From a virus (Duplodnaviria; Caudoviricetes), in the IMG/VR virus record IMGVR_UViG_3300043078_000170: a stretch of 64,000 bases of DNA; one strand, given 5' to 3'. The notes under the pieces were generated by a model that was not told where the DNA came from, searched no databases, and saw only the letters and a program-made list of their open reading frames with translations. Numbering within the stretch: position 1 is the stretch's first letter; every line of letters begins with the position of its first letter. Both the position numbers and the translations under genes were made by a program. Positions 61,937 through 64,000 of this stretch are shown here, in pieces.

Positions 61937-61978
61937 AAATAACTCTTAAGGAATATAATTTCCTTAAGAGTTTTATTA

Positions 61979-62641
61979 TCAAGAATTAGAATGAGTATGA
62001 TTAATATAATCACTAATAATAGTATCTACTGAAGAAGCTATCAATGAATCAATATATTCTTTAAGATTAGCATAACTAGATACTAAGTCTTCATCTAAGA
62101 AGTCCATAATATTTTCAATATTTTCTTCATCTGTGTCTAATCTTTCATTAATATCATCAATAGTACTAATTTTATTTTCTTTAAATTTATAAATCTTATT
62201 AGTATTCGTAACTGTTTTATCTTCATCTACTTCAATAATATCAGTTAATATTTCATTATTATTTTCTACTAAAGCTGAAGTATCTTCAATATTAAGATTT
62301 TCATCTAGATTTCTTAATAAAGCGTAATCGTGTGAAGACATTAATCCATTATCTGAAGCAGTTGATAAATCAGATTTACTTCTAGATTTTAAATAATTAT
62401 CGGTACTATTATAGAATATTTGTGTATCACCGCCATTATATCTTAATAATAATGCTCTATTAGCACTTGAAGTATCATTCATATTATCAACTACATATGC
62501 CACATAATTATCCGAATTTAATTCTAATGTTTGTATGGTATCTTCAAGATAATCATTAAAATCTTCAGGTGTTTTTGTAGTATCTGAAGTATTATCAGTT
62601 ATAATTCTAAATTCTAATTCAATTGAATTACTATCTGCCAT
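61979..62641 (-). CDS. Putative tail/baseplate-associated protein
   Basis: STASDNGLMSSHD fibre-like motif; C-terminal NHTH like spike tips; downstream of the OB-fold gene. Confidence 0.45.
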   Translation of the reverse strand: MADSNSIELEFRIITDNTSDTTKTPEDFNDYLEDTIQTLELNSDNYVAYVVDNMNDTSSANRALLLRYNGGDTQIFYNSTDNYLKSRSKSDLSTASDNGLMSSHDYALLRNLDENLNIEDTSALVENNNEILTDIIEVDEDKTVTNTNKIYKFKENKISTIDDINERLDTDEENIENIMDFLDEDLVSSYANLKEYIDSLIASSVDTIISDYINHTHSNS

Positions 62642-62654
62642 TTATATCATCTCC

Positions 62655-63203
62655 TTAATTATAAGACCATTTAATTTTAGTTGATACATTAACTTTAGAA
62701 GTATTTCTAGTATTATTTTCACTTTCAACTTTAATAGTAGTAACTCCATCAACTTTATTACTTTCAATTAATGCAATAGATTCTCCTTCAGTTAAGAATA
62801 ATACATTTTCATAAATACAATTATTAGGATTATCATTTAAAAATGATACTAATACTTTTTCACCAACATCTGGTACTACTTCTTTAATAAATTCTTCCTT
62901 AGTAGTAGTTGTAGTACTTCTATCTAGTAATACTCTAGCATATACATATTCTTGTTTATCTATTTTAGTAGTTAATTTTACATCATCATTTAATAAATGA
63001 CTTGTTGATATATCTACTGAGCTATCTATATTATTAATTGCAGGATTATACATATAACCAAATAATTCTGGAATAAATACTTTTATTTGTAAGGTATTTT
63101 CAAATTCTGAGTTATCTAATACATAACCTATATAATAACCACTAAAATTAAATCTATCTATAATTTTATTTTCAAATAAACTATAATTATTCAATAAAAT
63201 CAC
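62655..63203 (-). CDS. Baseplate spike OB-fold protein (T4 gp5/VgrG N-terminal-like)
   Basis: YIGYVLDN...QIKVFIPEL and VPDVGEKVLVSFLNDNPN. Confidence 0.65.
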   Translation of the reverse strand: MILLNNYSLFENKIIDRFNFSGYYIGYVLDNSEFENTLQIKVFIPELFGYMYNPAINNIDSSVDISTSHLLNDDVKLTTKIDKQEYVYARVLLDRSTTTTTKEEFIKEVVPDVGEKVLVSFLNDNPNNCIYENVLFLTEGESIALIESNKVDGVTTIKVESENNTRNTSKVNVSTKIKWSYN

Positions 63204-63316
63204 TCCTTTATAATGAAAAGTTTAAATAAGAATTTATTTAAAATATATATTATTTTATTGTATTTAAAAATAATTTTTAAATATAATAATTAATTATTAA
63301 AAGGAGGAAAAAAAAA

Positions 63317-64000
63317 ATGATATTAACTAACGAACAAGAAATAGCTATTGAAAAAGCTAAAAAATGGTATCTAAGTGATAATAGAAAACCATTTGTAATT
63401 ATGGGAGGTGCAGGAACTGGTAAAAGTACAATTGTTAAGTATATTATTGAATCAATTGGTATTGATAAAGAAGTTAATACTAAATATGTAACATATACAG
63501 GTAAAGCAGCTTCAGTATTAATCAAGAAAGGTAATAAAACTGCAACAACTATTCATAAACTCATTTATGATCCAATATTTGATAAAGATGGTAATGTAAT
63601 TGGTTTTGATTTAAAAGAATCTTTAGATGAATTTATTAAATTAATTATTGTAGATGAATTCTATATGGTTAATAATCAAATAATGAAAGATCTTTTATCA
63701 TTTGGTATTAAAATTATTTGTCTAGGTGATAATAATCAATTACCACCACCATTTGGAGAAGTAAATGAATTATGTCAAAATCCAGATGCTTTATTAACTG
63801 AACCATTGAGACAATCATTAGATAATCCAATTATTTATTTAGCAGAACAAGCTAGAAAACATAAATTCTTAAAAGTTGGTAATTATGGAGATGGTATTAA
63901 TGTAATTAGAAAATCAGATTTAGATTTAGAACGTTTAATGAATTGTGATCAAATAATTGCAGGTAAAAATGATACAGTTAAAAAACTTAATAGTTTTTAT
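63317..64000 (+). CDS. SF1B helicase (Dda/RecD2-like), truncated by the window end
   Basis: LTNEQ, GGAGTGKST, TYTGKAA, TIHKLIY, IIVDE and LGDNNQLPP motifs. Confidence 0.88.
   Translation, partial: MILTNEQEIAIEKAKKWYLSDNRKPFVIMGGAGTGKSTIVKYIIESIGIDKEVNTKYVTYTGKAASVLIKKGNKTATTIHKLIYDPIFDKDGNVIGFDLKESLDEFIKLIIVDEFYMVNNQIMKDLLSFGIKIICLGDNNQLPPPFGEVNELCQNPDALLTEPLRQSLDNPIIYLAEQARKHKFLKVGNYGDGINVIRKSDLDLERLMNCDQIIAGKNDTVKKLNSFY

Noticed and set aside
8284-63525. Short overlapping or antisense ORFs in the track (for example 8284, 12890, 13182, 18293, 20147, 20518, 22396, 25304, 26370, 26652, 44330, 50355, 50842, 55361, 63277)
   Set aside because: They lie over well-supported genes or leaders, lack an RBS and have shadow-frame composition
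1-64000. Stop-codon reassignment or phage-nucleus genes
   Set aside because: Genes are intact under the standard code, all breaks are explained by introns or known splits, and no chimallin or PhuZ is recognisable in this window

Overview
A 64 kb, very AT-rich segment of a jumbo myophage of the AR9/PBS1/phiKZ-like supergroup. The host is probably a Gram-positive Firmicute (GH25+CW_7 endolysin, strong AGGAGG-type ribosome-binding sites). It carries split multisubunit RNA polymerase genes (beta-N, beta-C and a beta'-C fragment), the N-terminal half of a split family B DNA polymerase, portal, terminase, tail sheath, tube and baseplate genes, a GroEL-like chaperonin, RusA, HicA, a Dda/RecD-like helicase and tRNA-Tyr. 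Three group I introns (beta-C, portal, terminase) can be spliced exactly from the sequence; the portal intron carries two endonuclease ORFs. Two promoter classes are visible: TATATTAT (early, all on the + strand) and AAC(A/T/C)-N6-TA (late, matching the AR9 non-virion RNAP consensus). The most unusual signals are: (1) at least seven otherwise unrelated basic proteins sharing a portable Y-x-(E/D)-G-Y-Y-D-A-L-x-E tag, two of them built on a near-perfect 180 bp inverted repeat, suggesting a capsid-addressing and processing system for cargo proteins; (2) a covarying, pseudoknotted ~150 nt RNA leader duplicated in front of two unrelated early genes, plus other structured leaders; (3) four endonucleases with 3-5 shuffled zinc-ribbon repeats; (4) a probable programmed -1 frameshift in a tail assembly chaperone. 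All calls come from reading motifs by eye; no searches were run.
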